From Raja brachyura (taxonomy: Eukaryota), in NCBI GenBank assembly GCA_963514005.1, contig OY740793.1, positions 44,578,001 through 44,642,000 of the forward strand: a stretch of 64,000 bases of DNA, read 5' to 3'. Both the position numbers and the translations under genes were made by a program. Numbering within the stretch: the first letter of the stretch is position 1; the number at the start of each line of letters is the position of its first letter. Of the stretch, positions 35,701 through 50,700 are shown piece after piece. A model generated the notes under the pieces. The model was not told the DNA's origin, searched no databases, and saw only the letters and a program-made list of their open reading frames with translations.

Positions 35701-38700
35701 CTCTCTCTTGAAACCATCCACTGCCCTTTGTGGCAGATAATTCCACAGATTCACAACTCTTGGGGTAAAAAGGTTTTTCTTCATCTAGGACCTAAATGAC
35801 CTAACCCTTATTCTTAAACTGTGACCGTACCCCTGGTTCTGGACTCCAACATCAGGAACATATTTCCTGCATCTAGTCTGTCCATTAATCCATTCCTTTA
35901 AGAATTTTATATGTTTCTATAAGATCCCCTCTCATCCTTCTAAATTCCAGCAAAACAAGCCCAGTCGACCCATTCTTTCATCATACTTCAGTCAAACCAT
36001 CCCGGGAATTAATCAATATTCCAGATTAATCCTCCTCAATAGCAATAATGTCATTCCTCAAATTAGGAACCCAAAATTGCACATAATACTCCAGATGCGG
36101 TCTCACCAAGGCCCTGTGCAACTGCCGTAGGACCTCCTTGCTCCTAAACTCAAATCCTCTCACAATGAAGGCTGCCATGCCATTGGCTTTCTTCACTGCC
36201 TACTGTACCTGTATGCTTGCTTTCAGTGACTGAGGTACAAGCATACCCAGGTCTCATTGCACATCCCCTTCTCCCAATCTGATATAATTCAGATAATAAT
36301 CTGCCTTCCTGTTCTTGCCACCAAAGTGGATAACCTCACATTTATCCACATTATACTGCATCTGCCATACTTATGCCCACTCACCCAACCTATCCAACTC
36401 ATAGCATCCTCCTCGCAGCTCACAGTGCCACCCAGCTTTGTGTCATTTGCAAACTTAGATTTAATTCCCTTGTCTAAATCGTCAACAAATATTGTAAACC
36501 ACTGGAGTCCCAGCACCGAGCCTTGTGGCACCCCACAAGTCACTGTCTGCCATTCTGAAAAGGACCCGTTAATTCCTCCTCTTTGCTTCCTGTCTGCCAA
36601 CTAGTTCTCCATCCATGTCAACACCCTAACCCCAATATCATGTGCTCTAATTTTGCACACTAATCTCGTGTGGGACATTGTCAAAGGCTTTTTGAAAGTC
36701 CAAGTACCACATCCCACTGGCTCCCCCTTATCCATTCTACTTGTTACATCCTCAAAAAATTCCAAAACATTAGTCAAGTATGATTTCCCTTTCATAAATC
36801 TGCGCCGACTTTTGATTGATCCCATCACAGCTTTCCAAATGCACTACTATAACATCTTTAATAATCGACTCCAGCATCTTCCCCACTAACGATGCAAGGC
36901 TAACTGGTCTATAATTCCCTGTTTTCTCTCTCCCTCCTTTCTTAAAAAGTGGAGTTACATTGGCCACACCTCAAGTCCACAGGAACTGATCTAGAGTCGG
37001 GAGAAAATTGGAAAATGATCACCAATGCATCCACAATTTCTAGGACCACCTCCTTGAGTGCTCTGGGATGCAGACCATTTGGCCCTGGACATTTATCTGC
37101 CTTCAGTCCCAACAGTTTACCTAACACCATTTTCTGAGTAATGTGGATTCCATTCAGTTACTCCCTCCCACTAGATCCTCGGGGCCCCTAGTATTTCCGG
37201 GATCTTGTTTGTGACTTCCTTAGTGCTTTCCTTACTTCTCCGTGGATTGTCACCTTGTCGTGGTGGAGAAGCCGATATGGACCTGAGATCCTGAGACCAA
37301 TGTCATCTGGAGCTCTGCTCCTGGTAGGGTCACCCATGGCGGTAAGGTCGAGGGGGAGGTCTCTGACAAAGAATAATCCAACCAAGACCTCAATGGTGGA
37401 ACAAGCGAAGGACGATGGCTGACCTTAGTGGAGCGTCACAACGGCTGGGACGGCGATGAAGGCTGCAGCAAAAAAGGGTCTCTGGTCGTCTTGGAGTCCA
37501 TGCCACTGAATCCTGACCCTGATCTGTCAAGGACCGTGGGGTGACTGTCTGTGCACCAGTCTCCCCATGTTAAATAAAATCACGCACTGGCATCCTCCAT
37601 AAAGGAAATAGCACCCTAGAGACATCCATGGTCAACCATGACCGAAGGGGGCTTAAGAAGACTTCCTTAGTGAAGACAGAACCAAAGCACTTGTTCAACT
37701 GTTCTGCCATTTCCTTGTTTCCCATTACAAATTCACCTGTCTCTGACTGGAAGGAACCTATATTTGTCTTCACTAATCTTTTCCTTTTTACATGCCTATA
37801 GTAACTATTAGTTTTTAATATTTCCCGCAAGCTTTCTTTCAAACTCTTCCCCCCCTCTTAATTAACCCCTTTGTCCTCCTCTGTTCAGTTCTAAATTTCT
37901 CCCAGTCTCCCGATTTGCTGCTTCTTCTGGCCTCTTCCTTGGCTTCAACACTATCCTTAACTTCCCTCATCAGCCACGTTTGTGCTGCCTTTCTAGGTTT
38001 TTTTTTGGCCAGACAGACAAAAGACAATTCGGTCATTCAAACCAGCACCGCCATTCACAGTGATCATGGCTGATCATCCACAATCAGTACCCCGTTCCTG
38101 CCTTCTCCCCACATTCCTACATCTTTAAGAGCTCTAACTCTCTCTTGAAGGCATCCAACGAATTGGCCTCCACTGCCTTCTGAGGCAGAGAATTCCACAG
38201 ATTCACAAATCCCTGGGTGAAAAGGTTTTTCCTCATCTCTGTTCTAAATGGCCTACCCCTTATTCTTAAACTGTGGCCCCTGGTTCTGGACGCCCCCAAC
38301 ATTGGGAACATGTTTCCTGCCTCTCGCAAGTCCAATCCCTTAATAATCTTACATGTTTCACTAAGATCCCAGTCGCTCCATTCTATCAACGTATGACAGT
38401 CCCGCCATCCCGGGAAACAATTTTTGGAGTTCATCCATGCAGCCTTTACATCTTTGCCATTGCAACTACACTGTCAACCCTTTAAATATAATTTGTCAGT
38501 CTATCCTGGCTAATTTCTGTCCCATATCTTCAAAGTCTCCTTTATTCAAGTTCAGGACTCTAGTCTGAAACAACCGTGTCACTGTCTATCCTAATGCAGA
38601 ATTCCACCATATTATGGACACTGTTGCCCAAGGGGCCTTGCACAACAGGTCTGAAGAAGGGTTTCGACCCGAAACGGTGCCTATTTTCCTGCGTGATGCT

Positions 38701-41700
38701 ATCCCCAACCTCCCTACTGCTGTTTGGTGGTCGGTTTACCACTCCAACAAATGTTTTTTGCCCTTGGCTATTTCGCAGTTCTACCCATACCGATTCTGCA
38801 GCATCCAAGCTAATGTCTCTCCGTGCTATTGCATTAGCCTCCTCTTTAACCAGCAATGCCACTCCAGCTCCTCTTCCTTTCTGTCTATCCTTCCTGAATA
38901 TTGAATACCCCTGCATGTTTAGCTCCCAGCCTTGGTCAGCCTGGGGCCATGTCTCCGTAATTCCATCTATATCATATCCCTTAACTACTAACTGCACATT
39001 CAATTCATTCACCTTATTTCGAATGCTCCTCGCATTCAGGCACAAAACCTTCAGGTTAGTTTTTCTTATCTCCCTTCTACCTTTTGCTTCTGTCCTCCTT
39101 TTCTGTCTCCCTGCATTGGGCCCATCGCCCTGCCCTGTTAGTTTAAATGTGACCTTTCCTACACTCTCTTTCCGGTTAGCAGCACGGGTACATGACTCCT
39201 GGTTCTCTCTCAGAAATGGCCCAATTTTCAAAACACTTGCAACTTTTTTTTGTTAGCAAATGTCTTGTGATCCAGTCCAGGAGTCATTCGAACCATAAGG
39301 AAAGAGGAGAGTTTGAGTTTTTTTAATGAAAACTCTGGCGTCCTTTGCCCTTTCCCACATCTATTGCTGCCTCGCTGTGAGAATTTATTTGCCAATAATA
39401 ATCCATGGCACAGTGCTTCTCCCTGATCCGCATAGTGAGGGGGCAGACTATGTCCACTGTTCAGCCAACAATCGCTCAGCATTCTCCACCTTGATGATAG
39501 CAGTATTCAAAAACTCTAATGAAAGCATGTGCTGTTTATCTATATCAGATTACATTCTCACCAGCTTACAAAATCAACAAATACATTTTTCATTATTCAA
39601 AAAAAACAGCAAGAGAAAATGAATTCCACTTTAAGCATTTCTTCTAGTTTTTGATAATGTCTATTTGGCTACCACTTCATTTTCTTATCTGCATATAAAA
39701 ACTTGAATTTCTAAATGAAATGTGCTTTTTATTAACAGGCTATCATTTGAAGTTCCCAAGTTACCATAACAGCCATAACCAGAAATTCAGAAGCATCTAT
39801 TATTCCCGTTGGTGATTAAAATGTATTAACATTACACATTGAATTTTCAAAGGCATTGTGTCTGAAAATTAGCATTTTTTTTTTGAAGTCCTTCCCACCC
39901 CTGTTGGTTTGAGCCCTTATTAAATGCACAAAGTGAAAGAAAATGCAGCCCTGTCTGCTGAGAGCTCCTCTTTAATTTACTCAGCCCACAGGGTGCTTTA
40001 TGACTTGACCTCCCTTATGGCAAGAGGTACTGGTACCAACACTGCATTTGTTTGCTGCAAATCTATCTTCCTGGGCCGAGTGGCATGTCGTCATCTACCC
40101 AAGCCATAGCTTGCGTTGCTTTCCTGATGAGGCGGATCGCATACTAGAGTCTTTCCCCAAACCATGAAAGGACCAGGGGGCAGCTGGAAAACTGAACCAG
40201 CACCACTGGATCAGCAGCAGCGACGTTTCCTTAAATAGGCCCAAACTCATCCTCTGCCCACATTCAGTAACATCTTCAGCAGGAGGTAGACAAAAGTGCT
40301 GGAGAAACTCAGTGGGTGCGGCAGCATCTATGGAGCGAAGGAAATGGGCAAAGTTGCCTCTTTCCTTCGCTCCATAGATGCTGCAGCACCCGCTGAGTTT
40401 TTCCAGCACTTTTGTCTACGATTTTCCAGCATCTGTAGTTCCTTCTAAAGCATCGTCAGCAGATATTTTCCCCTATTAAACATCTCAATCAATTCTGTGA
40501 TCTATTGGAACAGGACATCAGTCAAAGCACCATGAAGTACCTTCTGCAGGAAGAGTTGGTGTTACTCAGATTAGCTTAAAGCTGGATTGAAGGCAATTCG
40601 TGCTCAGGGTGCTCAACAGATGTGGGGTCAGAGACATATCAAAATTGGAAATTTTGTGGAAAAAGATGCATTTCAAGATAAATAGTCAATTGCAATGGGA
40701 TGAGAAGAGGTGTGGCCTGGCCAAACTGGTATCAAAGCTGGCAGGCAGAATTGTAACTGAACAATCAAAGACCTTTAAAGTTTAGACCCAAGTTTGCATC
40801 AGGGTCTGGAAATTCAAACCAGCGTTTCTTGGCTCCATAAATGACCAAAGGAAAAAAAAAGATTGACTTTAGAGATCCTCAAAAATATGATGGGCATGGA
40901 GAGAATAGTCAGTCTTTTTCCCCCAGTCTAAAGCCAGATCAGTTTAAGAGGAAAGATTTAAAGGAGACACGAGGGGCAAGTTTTTTCACAGAGAGTGGTG
41001 GATATGTGGAACAAACTGCCAGAGGATGTAATAGATGAAGTTAGCTTAAACTGTGCAGGGTAAGTTCAAGAAACAATAATTTGGGACAGAATTAGCAGGC
41101 ACTGTGGCTTTACCAATATGATCTTGTTAAGTTGTGCCTCGTTCGAGTGTTTTGATTAAACAACAGTATCGATCAATGGTGGAAACATAACTGACCAGTA
41201 TATACCAACCTCAAAACAAAACATCGACTAAACCGCTCCAAAATAAGTCTTCCTGAGGAATAAAAAGCCTTTTACAGCAAATTGTCTCACAAACCAGAAA
41301 TAGCAAAAGGTTGTTTTCCCGACTGGAGGGAAGTGGACAGTGAAGTTCCCTTGGAGTCAGCACAAGGACCACAGATTATTTTAATATGTTAGTGATTTAG
41401 ATGTACATGATATATCCATACTTAATGACAAAACGTGGAAGGTTATCGAACATTGTTAGTGGCATTATTTGTAAAGTACTCAAAAGATGGTACTTTTTCT
41501 AAAACAACTTGTTTTCTTGACTCCTATAAATAATTAAATGTTTAATCCGATTAAAATCAAGAAAACGATTGGAATTTGGTGGAATAATGAAGCTGTGGAA
41601 CAGGGAGGAGGAGATTTCCATGCTGGGGTTTGTAGTCTCCTGCACTCAGTTGTCTTGCCCCGTCCGAAGTGGACAGCCGAGCTCACTCTGATGATGCAGT

Positions 41701-44700
41701 GAGCTTACCAACACCAGAAGGACAACAAACTGATGGCAGCTTTCAAAAATGTTATGGAGTATCATTGCGTAGGATAACCTGATACAATTAGGCCAAGTGG
41801 CAAAAGTATGAGACAAAATAAAAACCTAGTCTATGGAATCTATGATGTTTTATAAACTGAATCAACTCAGTTGTGTGACAATATTGCTCACTGCAAAGCC
41901 AGCTTGTGCATGGACACCAGGGAACCACAACTCAACAAATGATTCTAATCAATCTTTAATTCAGCATACAAATAAGTGGCCACATCCAGCAAACTAGCAC
42001 AAAATCAATGTTGGTATTTAATAGCTTCTATGAACTGATTTGTTCGGGAGACAAACGCATGACACTGAATAAAACACAAAGTGCTGGCGAACTCAGTGGG
42101 TCAGGCAGAATCCGTGAAGGGAATGGACAGATGGCATTTCAGGTCGGGACCCTTCCACAGATTCAGTTCTTCTGTACCCTCTTTTGTCTGCGAGTCTGAA
42201 AGGCCCCGACCTGAAACATCATGTCCATTCCCTCCACAGATGTTTCCACCAACACTATCTTTTGTTCAAGAATCGAGCATCTTCAATCTCTTGCATCTCC
42301 AAACACACAAGACTACTCGCTGCAAAACACTTTTTCCCCGCACAACATCAAAATCAGAAAGTAGTCCATTGTTGAAGCTTCTGCTTGGCTCCAGAATGCC
42401 AGTGTGAACACCCACCTATATTCCTCCTGCATGAAGCTCGGCTCACACTGAGGCACCCAGTGGTAATGTGTTAGCAAAGGGAGCCAATGTGCAGTTCATA
42501 AGACCCTGGAACAGAATTAGGCCATCCGGCCCATTGAGCCAGCTGCGCCATTCTATCATGACTTATCTATTTTTCCCCACTCAACCCCATTCTCCCGACT
42601 TCTCCCCATAACGTTTGACATCCTTACTAACCAAGAACCTATCAATCTCTGCTTTAGAAATCCCCAAAGACGGACTCCACCGCTGCCCATGGCAATGAAT
42701 TCCATGGATTCACCACCCAGTGGCTATAGAATTTTCCCCCTCATTCCAGTCGCATGAAAACCCTCCTAAACACTAAATTCTCGGCTAAATTGGCTCAGAG
42801 TTGGCTCAGAGTTAGAGCGTTCATACCATCAGATCAAATGAGTGGAGTCGCTCACAGACACCAACACCTGTCAGAAGCAATCAGCATTTAATCAGTCTCA
42901 ACAACATGGACCCATTACACATTTGAACCTGAAATGAATAAGCAGGAGTGATTTTTACCCAACCACCTGCTTCAGTGAAGTAGTTTCTCTGCAACAATCA
43001 GCGGCAGAGATTTGACAGCACTGCAAAATCCTCCGATGTGCTTTCAGCTGCTACGTAATGTTCCTGTGCTCATCCAGTCTTTCCTCAAACCTGCTTTTAA
43101 TTCATTGAGCCAAGTCAAATCCCCCCCCATCGGTAAAACACAACCTTTATGAACAGATGCAAACTACATTTGTAAAAATTAGTGGAAACACTCTAATGAG
43201 AAAGGGGCTTGACAGGGTAGATGTTGAGATGTTGTCACTAGTAGGGCAGTCATGAACAAGGGAGCATAATTACAATCAAGGGGCAGTCAATTAAAATTGA
43301 GGTGCGTAGAAATTTCCTTCATCTGAGGGAGTTGATTCTTTGTTTAGTTAAGATTAAAGATACAGTGCGGAAACAGGCCTTCAGCCTACCGAATTAGTGA
43401 TGACCAGCAATCCCAGCATATTAACAATATCCTACACAAACTGGGGCCAATTTACATAAACATGTATGTCTTTGGAATCTGGAAGTCTCTGACCCCCGGC
43501 AGTTTTGGAGCTGTCCACCAGAGCGGTGGATCATCGGATATATTTACGGCGGAGAGATCATGGAACTGAGGGTGAAGGGGAAGTGATGCAGAGGAGTGGA
43601 GGGCAGAGTAGATGAGTCATGATCACATTTGAACAGTGGGGCCCAGCACCCTGTTCCTGCTCTTGTTTTCTGGCGGCCCTAGTTCAGTTAAGTGCACACT
43701 TTCATGTAACTGTAAGAACGAGCAGGCATTCAAAGCACGGCAGCTGGAAATAAGGGACACAGAAGGGCTCCAACCCCAGCTGCTACTTGAAGCTCTCAAT
43801 CTCTTCTCAGTGTGGGTGCTGCAGCAACCCTCCACGTACAAATCACATGTTCATAATAGACCAAATCACACGCTGACAAAAGGATCACTCATGCAGCAAT
43901 GCTGAAGAGAACTGCACAAAGATTAGTTTCTCCCAGTTATAACTGCATCCCACACAGTTTTAAACACTTCTAACCAGCAAAGCCTCACCAATATATCTTA
44001 TTGGAGTGAATTAAATTTCAAATCCCACTCAGTCATTTCGGAAATGGTTTTCAATTATTTTAATAAAAAAAGGAAATAAAAAGCCAGTCTTATCACAAAT
44101 GATTCTGAAGGAGTTTCGAACTCCCAGCTCCTTTCAGGAAGCTAATCTGTCACTCTAGGGCTGGAGTTGACTCGGCAACCTGTTCAGTGCCCTCTGACAT
44201 AGTCGAAAGAAAGCTTGTTGTTTCAAATTCCCCACCACTGGTGCACGAAGGCAGCCCACTTTCTAGGCAACAATGTCTTAAGGGCCTTTCCCACTTGGCT
44301 GTCATTTGCACGCCATTTACGTGATCTGGTTGCGTGTGGGCAGCATGTGGGTAGCGCGGGACGGGCACAAGGAATGGCGTGGAGGTGTGTGGAGATGCGC
44401 GCGGTATCGTGCAGCGCTCCAGGATTTCGTTCTGCGATTCCAGAATTCTTCGTGCGCCACCGGCCTGTCGCGTAAATGACGGCCAAGTGGGACACTCTAG
44501 CACGGCGCAATGTCTCACCTCCAACAGCAGCAGATGCAGGCAAGCGATCGCCAAGCTCGGTCTGGGGCTCACAGCCGTTGCAGATCCAGATCCGCCCCCA
44601 CTCCTACTCCCAGAGCGGGGCCAAGACGATTGGAGATAGGCACAAAATGCATGAGTAACTCAGCGGGACCGGCAGCGTCTCTGGAGGGAAGCAATGGGTG

Positions 44701-47700
44701 ACGTTTCGGGTAGAGACCCTTCTTCAGACTGAAAAAGAGTCTCGACCTGAAACATCATCCATTTCTTCTCTCCAGAGATGCTGCCGGTCCCGCTGAGTTA
44801 CTCCTGCATTTTGTGTCTATCTTCAAATGACGTCACGCGCTCCAGACGGCTGTGCGGACGCATGATGATGTGCGCGAACGTCGCACGTCAGTCGCTACCG
44901 GCCTGTCACGTCAAGTGGGACAGGCCCTTTAATTTCAGAAAAGACATGCAGCCACTCTAAGCAGCATTACCGCCCTAAATGTCATATTAAATCTAATCAA
45001 CAGTTTGCATTCTTTGATCGAACAGGATAACATTTCATGCTACGTGTTTGTTTTAATAAATGGCAAATACAGCTGAACATGTATATTAATGTTTCAATCT
45101 TACCTGTAAAGAGAAAGAAAATCAAGACCATGATGAGCGTGTAGCCGAAGTATAATATTGTGCTTGCGGCCCCAGAAATTTGAAGCTTGGAGAAGAAGTA
45201 ATGAACAGCGTATACAAAGAAGTACACGGCTGTAAAACCACTCGTCAGGAATGACCTCCACCACCAGTGATAATCCTACAGAGGAAGGCAGTGCCAAGAA
45301 TAGTTAATAAGGAGATCTTCCAAAACTGAACACGTACAATGACATGATAAACACTAGCATAAACCCAGCATTTTTGTCTACCTTCAATTTTTCACGCATC
45401 TGCAATTCCTTCTTAAACGTACAATGACATGATAAACACTAAAAAAAATAACGGTGTACGATTATCAAATTAGAATGGATTCTCCATGGGCATAATTAAA
45501 AATTGAAATTTCAGGTATCTGCAAAGATTTCTCTGTTGAATTTAGGGTAGGTCTAGCAAACAAATGGATGTCACTAGATGGGAAATGGGAGTATGTTCTG
45601 TTGGCAATTGGAATTGAGATAACTGGAACAAAATGTTGATTATAGCACTAACCACAGTGGCTGTTTTGTGTAGGAAGGAACTGCAGATGCTGGTTTAAAC
45701 CGAAGATAGACACAAGAAGCTGGAGTAAATCAGTGGATCAGGCAGCATTTCTGGAGAGAAGGAATGGGTGACGTTTCGGGTCGAGACCCTTCTTCAGACA
45801 AACCAGTGGCTGTTTTCCTCATTTTTCACTAAAGGATATGGTCCTTGTTGGGGTATAGCGCTGCTGAAAGATGGCACTCTTCAGAACTGCCCCACATGAC
45901 TAAGCTTCTAAGACAGAAAAAAAACAGTCAAACTAATCCTTCATTTGTGCATAGACTGCGTATGCACTACATGCAGCAGCCGCCAGGTGGCAGCCAGAAT
46001 CAGGGCCATTATCAGTTTCCTGTTAACATCCAACCTGAAGCACTTACATGACACATCTTGCTCTTTTGTCATCATAAGAGCTCTGGGTTGTACAACCTCA
46101 CCTGTCCCCATGCTGCACCTGAACTATACCTGTTTAAAGGCTACACATTGTTCCACTGCAACTTTACCAGTTGATTTCACAAGGGCCAAATCAATTTGAT
46201 TGAAGAGTCATCATACACCTTCACTCCAGAGCTCTTTGAAGTATTTTCCAACACTTATAACAATGGTGAACACTTCAACCAGTGAAGTGGTGACAAAAGT
46301 CAGGGTGTGCAGGGAAATAGGAAGTTAAATGTTGAACTGTCAGGTAAATATCTCCATTTAGCACAATAGAACAGAGGATACACTTCTCTCAAAGACACAT
46401 ACCGAACCACACAAGGGGAAAAGCAAAGCAGTAAAAATAGAAAATATCAATCTAGGTCCAATGGAAGCTCGTGATTCAAAACAAAAAAATCAGTAAGATG
46501 CTGTGAAAATTGAACAAATCATTCAGAACAGAACAAGAACAGGCACTTCGGCCCATATGCTGAACCAGATGTCAAGTTAAATTAATCTCCTCTGCCGCCA
46601 CGTGAACTATATCGCCCCCCCCCCCATTCTCTGAAGGGACTAAACTACCAGAAAATAATCCACACACTTAGCCTTGTGCAGGCCGCGGGCTCTCCTGGCA
46701 TTCCCTTACCCCACAGCACGACTCAGTCCCCACAGCCTGCTCACAGCCAACATTCCCATTTGTTCAGCCTGGGATTCACACATGCCTCCCACGGTTAGTA
46801 CAGCCAAGCCCAGCACCCTAGAAGCTGCATGGAGCTTTGGGGCCAATCCCTCCCTGATGACTACCCAGGAACAACTGGCCAACTACTGTCGACCTAGCCA
46901 TAACATACCACTCAGTGATAAAGCAGCTAACATATTTAGAATAAATTCTGGAATGAATCCGAAGAGCCATAGAATAGAGATGGAATGTCTGTGCCGGTTC
47001 AAGGCAGAATATTCAAGCATGACGAGAGGTTTTGTGCAGTCACATTTCAGTATTGCATGCTGCAATTTTAACAAGCACCAACTGGAGCTGGAAGTACGCA
47101 CCTCTGCACAAAGGTGGAAGTAACACAGGAGGATGGTGGCTTCTGAGCAAGTGATGAGGAGAATGATGAACACCAAGAACAGGAAACCAAACATGTAGTA
47201 CATCTGGTGAGACCTGCAATGAAATGTGTACAGTTATACGTGCTATGTGTACATAGCTGATGCTGAAAGTACCACTCCTCCCATCAAGTCATCTTTAACA
47301 ACACAATCAGGCACAAAAACAATTGCAATGAACATAATGTAGAAACAAGAACTGTAGAAGCTGGTTTACCATGGAAAGACACAATACTGGAGTAACTCAG
47401 CAGGTCAGGCAGCATCCCTGGTGTCCCAACTTGAAATGTCAACTATCCATGTTCTCCAGCGATGCTGCCTGACCCGCTGAGTTACTCCAGCATTTTGTCT
47501 TGCAATGAACATAACTACTGATACTGGAAATCTGAAATAAACCTAGGAACACTGGCCAGATTGTGCATTTAGCACATCAAGCTTGTTCTGCAGAAAATGC
47601 ACAAAGATCTCCACAAGCGAAGTAATATCTTTACAGAAAAAAATATAATGCTTCATTTATGACCTTTCAGACAATTCTAATGCAAAGGCACTAACTGCCT

Positions 47701-50700
47701 CAGTCAAAAAATACTGAAAAAAGTCAACTGCAAGGGTAAGCTTTTAAAGAGGCTGCAGCAAATACAGTTCTTGTGTCATCGTCACAGAACAGAAACATGC
47801 CCTTCAGCCCAACTCGTCCATGTTGACCAAGGTGTCCCATCTAAGATGGTCCCATTCTGGACTAGAGATAGTGCACATCTCTAGCACATATACCCCTTAA
47901 CCCCTATCCATGTATCTGTCCAAATATATTTTAAATGTCGTTACTGTAACTGCCTCAACTACCTCCTCCGGAAACTATTTCCATGTACCCAGCACGCTCT
48001 GCATAGAAAAGTTTTGAATTCCAAAAGTGTGGCTGTAAACGTGTTGCTCTCCATGCTTACTGAAATGTAGTTTGTTCCTGCAACAAGTTGTATGAAGCAT
48101 CAATCTTGTTCGTGGTGAGAGGTTACTAACAGATGCAGTGCTGACATACTGAGTATTTCCAGGGTTTCAGGTTTTTAAGCTTCTGTCGTGTTTAACTTTT
48201 CAGAAAGTATGATATTAAAATAGGACAAGGAATTAGGGAAGAGAGAATCTAGGGCAAATGGATTAGTAGGGCAAATGGACAAGTCCGGTTGGTACCATTG
48301 ACTCGCTCGTTAAGGCTTGCATCCAATTTATGGCCTCGGGTTCCCCCACACAATCTCACCTCTGCAGTGCCATACTCTGAGAAACAGCCGCCCCTCATTC
48401 TCATACACTGGTTTACTCCTAGTGATGATGACTTCCCATTTGCAAGTGACTGCTGCATTCCCCCACACACCGCACTGACAGTATTTGGCCGATTCTCACA
48501 AGCCAAAATACTATATTTTGGTATTTTTAAATTTCTCACAAGCCAAACTACTAAACCTGAGATAAGAACTCTTTTGCTGTTTTTGAGCAATTGAAAAAAA
48601 ATTAGCCTGAGGATTTGAAGATTTTTCTTAACACAAGAACCAATACAGATATTTTTGTTTGTTGTGATAGACCTGGAAAAGACAGCAAATGTCAAGCAAC
48701 CATATCACAGGTGGACAAGCCTGAAAAATCAAGGCATTTTATAGGTATTAAGGGCAGGAGGACACCCAGGGAATGATTTAAATCTTTCATAGATTGATAT
48801 TATCAATGTGCTCGTGCAACCAGAGGATAAAGATAAGGATTAAATGAATACTCATTTGCAGTCACAGTATATTATACTCAGATTTCAGGAAGGTGGACAA
48901 TGACATTCCAGAACAATTTACCATAAAAAAAGAAAAGTTATTACATTTGTTACTGGGCTTAAAGATGAATAAATCCTCTGATAAGATGCATCCCAAGCTG
49001 CTGTGGAAAGCAAGGGGGAGATTACTCTGGCTCTGACATCCCTCCTGAGAAATTGGTCTAAAATGCTTCGGCTCACGAGTTTCTAGGGCAAGTTTAACGA
49101 ATGGATTTCATTATTGAAGGCAGAGAGTGATATATTGTTTCTGCGATTGGAACCTTGTGAGCAGGGGGTGTTCAGAGGAACCAGCACCAGGCCCAATACC
49201 GTCCTATAAATAAAAGGCCAGATGCAAATTTAGGAGGCATGACTTGTAAGTTCACAGATGAAACAGAAATTGGTAGCGGTGTTGTTAAAGTGGGCAGAGC
49301 AATGGCAGATGGAATTTAATACTGAAAGAAGCAATACACTATGTGTATTGTGGAGGACCAGCACAACAGCGAACAGTAGAGCTTTGAGGAACAGAGTAAC
49401 ATAGGTGTTCAAGTTAGAGGATCCCTGAATGTGGCAGACGCAGATAAGGTAGTTAATGTGGTTGAAGGGACCCGAGCTACAGCCGGGAAACAGCTCTCAC
49501 AACATTTAAGTACCTAGACGAGCCGATCATCAAGGTTAAGATGTTTTAGATCATTTCAATGGCAGGCGAGTCCTCCATTCAAATTATCAAGTGAAAAAGA
49601 GAACAGATCCAAGAATGCAGAGAGTCCATCCTATCAAACGGATGGAGGAGCCATGAACACATGATTGGGAACTCCAGACTAATCGGAAACCATAACCTGG
49701 TGACTCAGTGTTTCTAAGAAGGCTTGTCCAGAATTTGAATGATTTCCAGCTTAATTTTATACATACCAAATGTAGTAAAGACACACTGGATAGGTACAGA
49801 GTATGTAACACTACCAAATAGTTATAAATCCAGAATAGATCGTCAAACACAGGGAACCGCAATCCGTACAGAGTGCAAACCACAGATCTGAAAACTAGTA
49901 TCACCCACAAAATGCACCAATATTCATTCAAGCCTTTCTTTACGAGTTGTGTGAGGCACAATGATGGGCCCCATATCTGAGGAAGGATGTGCTAGCTTTG
50001 GAGGGTCCAGAGATGTGTACAAGAATTATCCCAGGAATGAATACGTTAACATACGAGCATTTGATGGCATTGGTTATCGACAAGCTGGAGTTTAGATGGA
50101 TGAGGGGGCACATCATTGAAACTTACCGAATAGTAAAAGGCCTGGATAGAGTGGATGTGGAGAGGATGTTTTCACTAGTGGGAGAGTCCAGGACCAGAGG
50201 TCATAGCCTCAGCATTTAAAGACGTTCCTTTAGGAAGATGAGGAATTTCTTTAGTCAAAGGGTGGTGAATCTGTGTAATTCATTGCCACATAAGGCTGTG
50301 GAGGCCAATCGATATTTTTAAGGCAGAAATACATAGATTCATGATGAGTACGGGTATCAGGGGTGAGAGGAAGGAGGCAGGAGAATGGTGTTAGGAGGGA
50401 GAGATAGATCAGCCATGATTGAATGGTGGATTAGACTTGATGGGCCGAATGGCCTAATTCTGCACCTATAACATATGAACAGTGTCTTAGTACAGCTGGT
50501 GCCTTCAACCAGTTCATTGGCTGTGACCCTTGAGTTAAGAATGGATGGCACTGCTCATGAATCCAGTGTGTATTTAGTTCCTGTACACAAATGTCATTGT
50601 GCCTGGAAAATTAGCTTCTCCAGGTATTGCTTTATTTGAAATTAATACTTGCATCACTATCCCATCATCACAGATCTGCATAATTCAAACTGTAATATTT

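Noticed and set aside
38560-39256. Paired long ORFs on opposite strands
   Set aside because: The - ORF is a CR1 endonuclease remnant and the + ORF is its antisense shadow.
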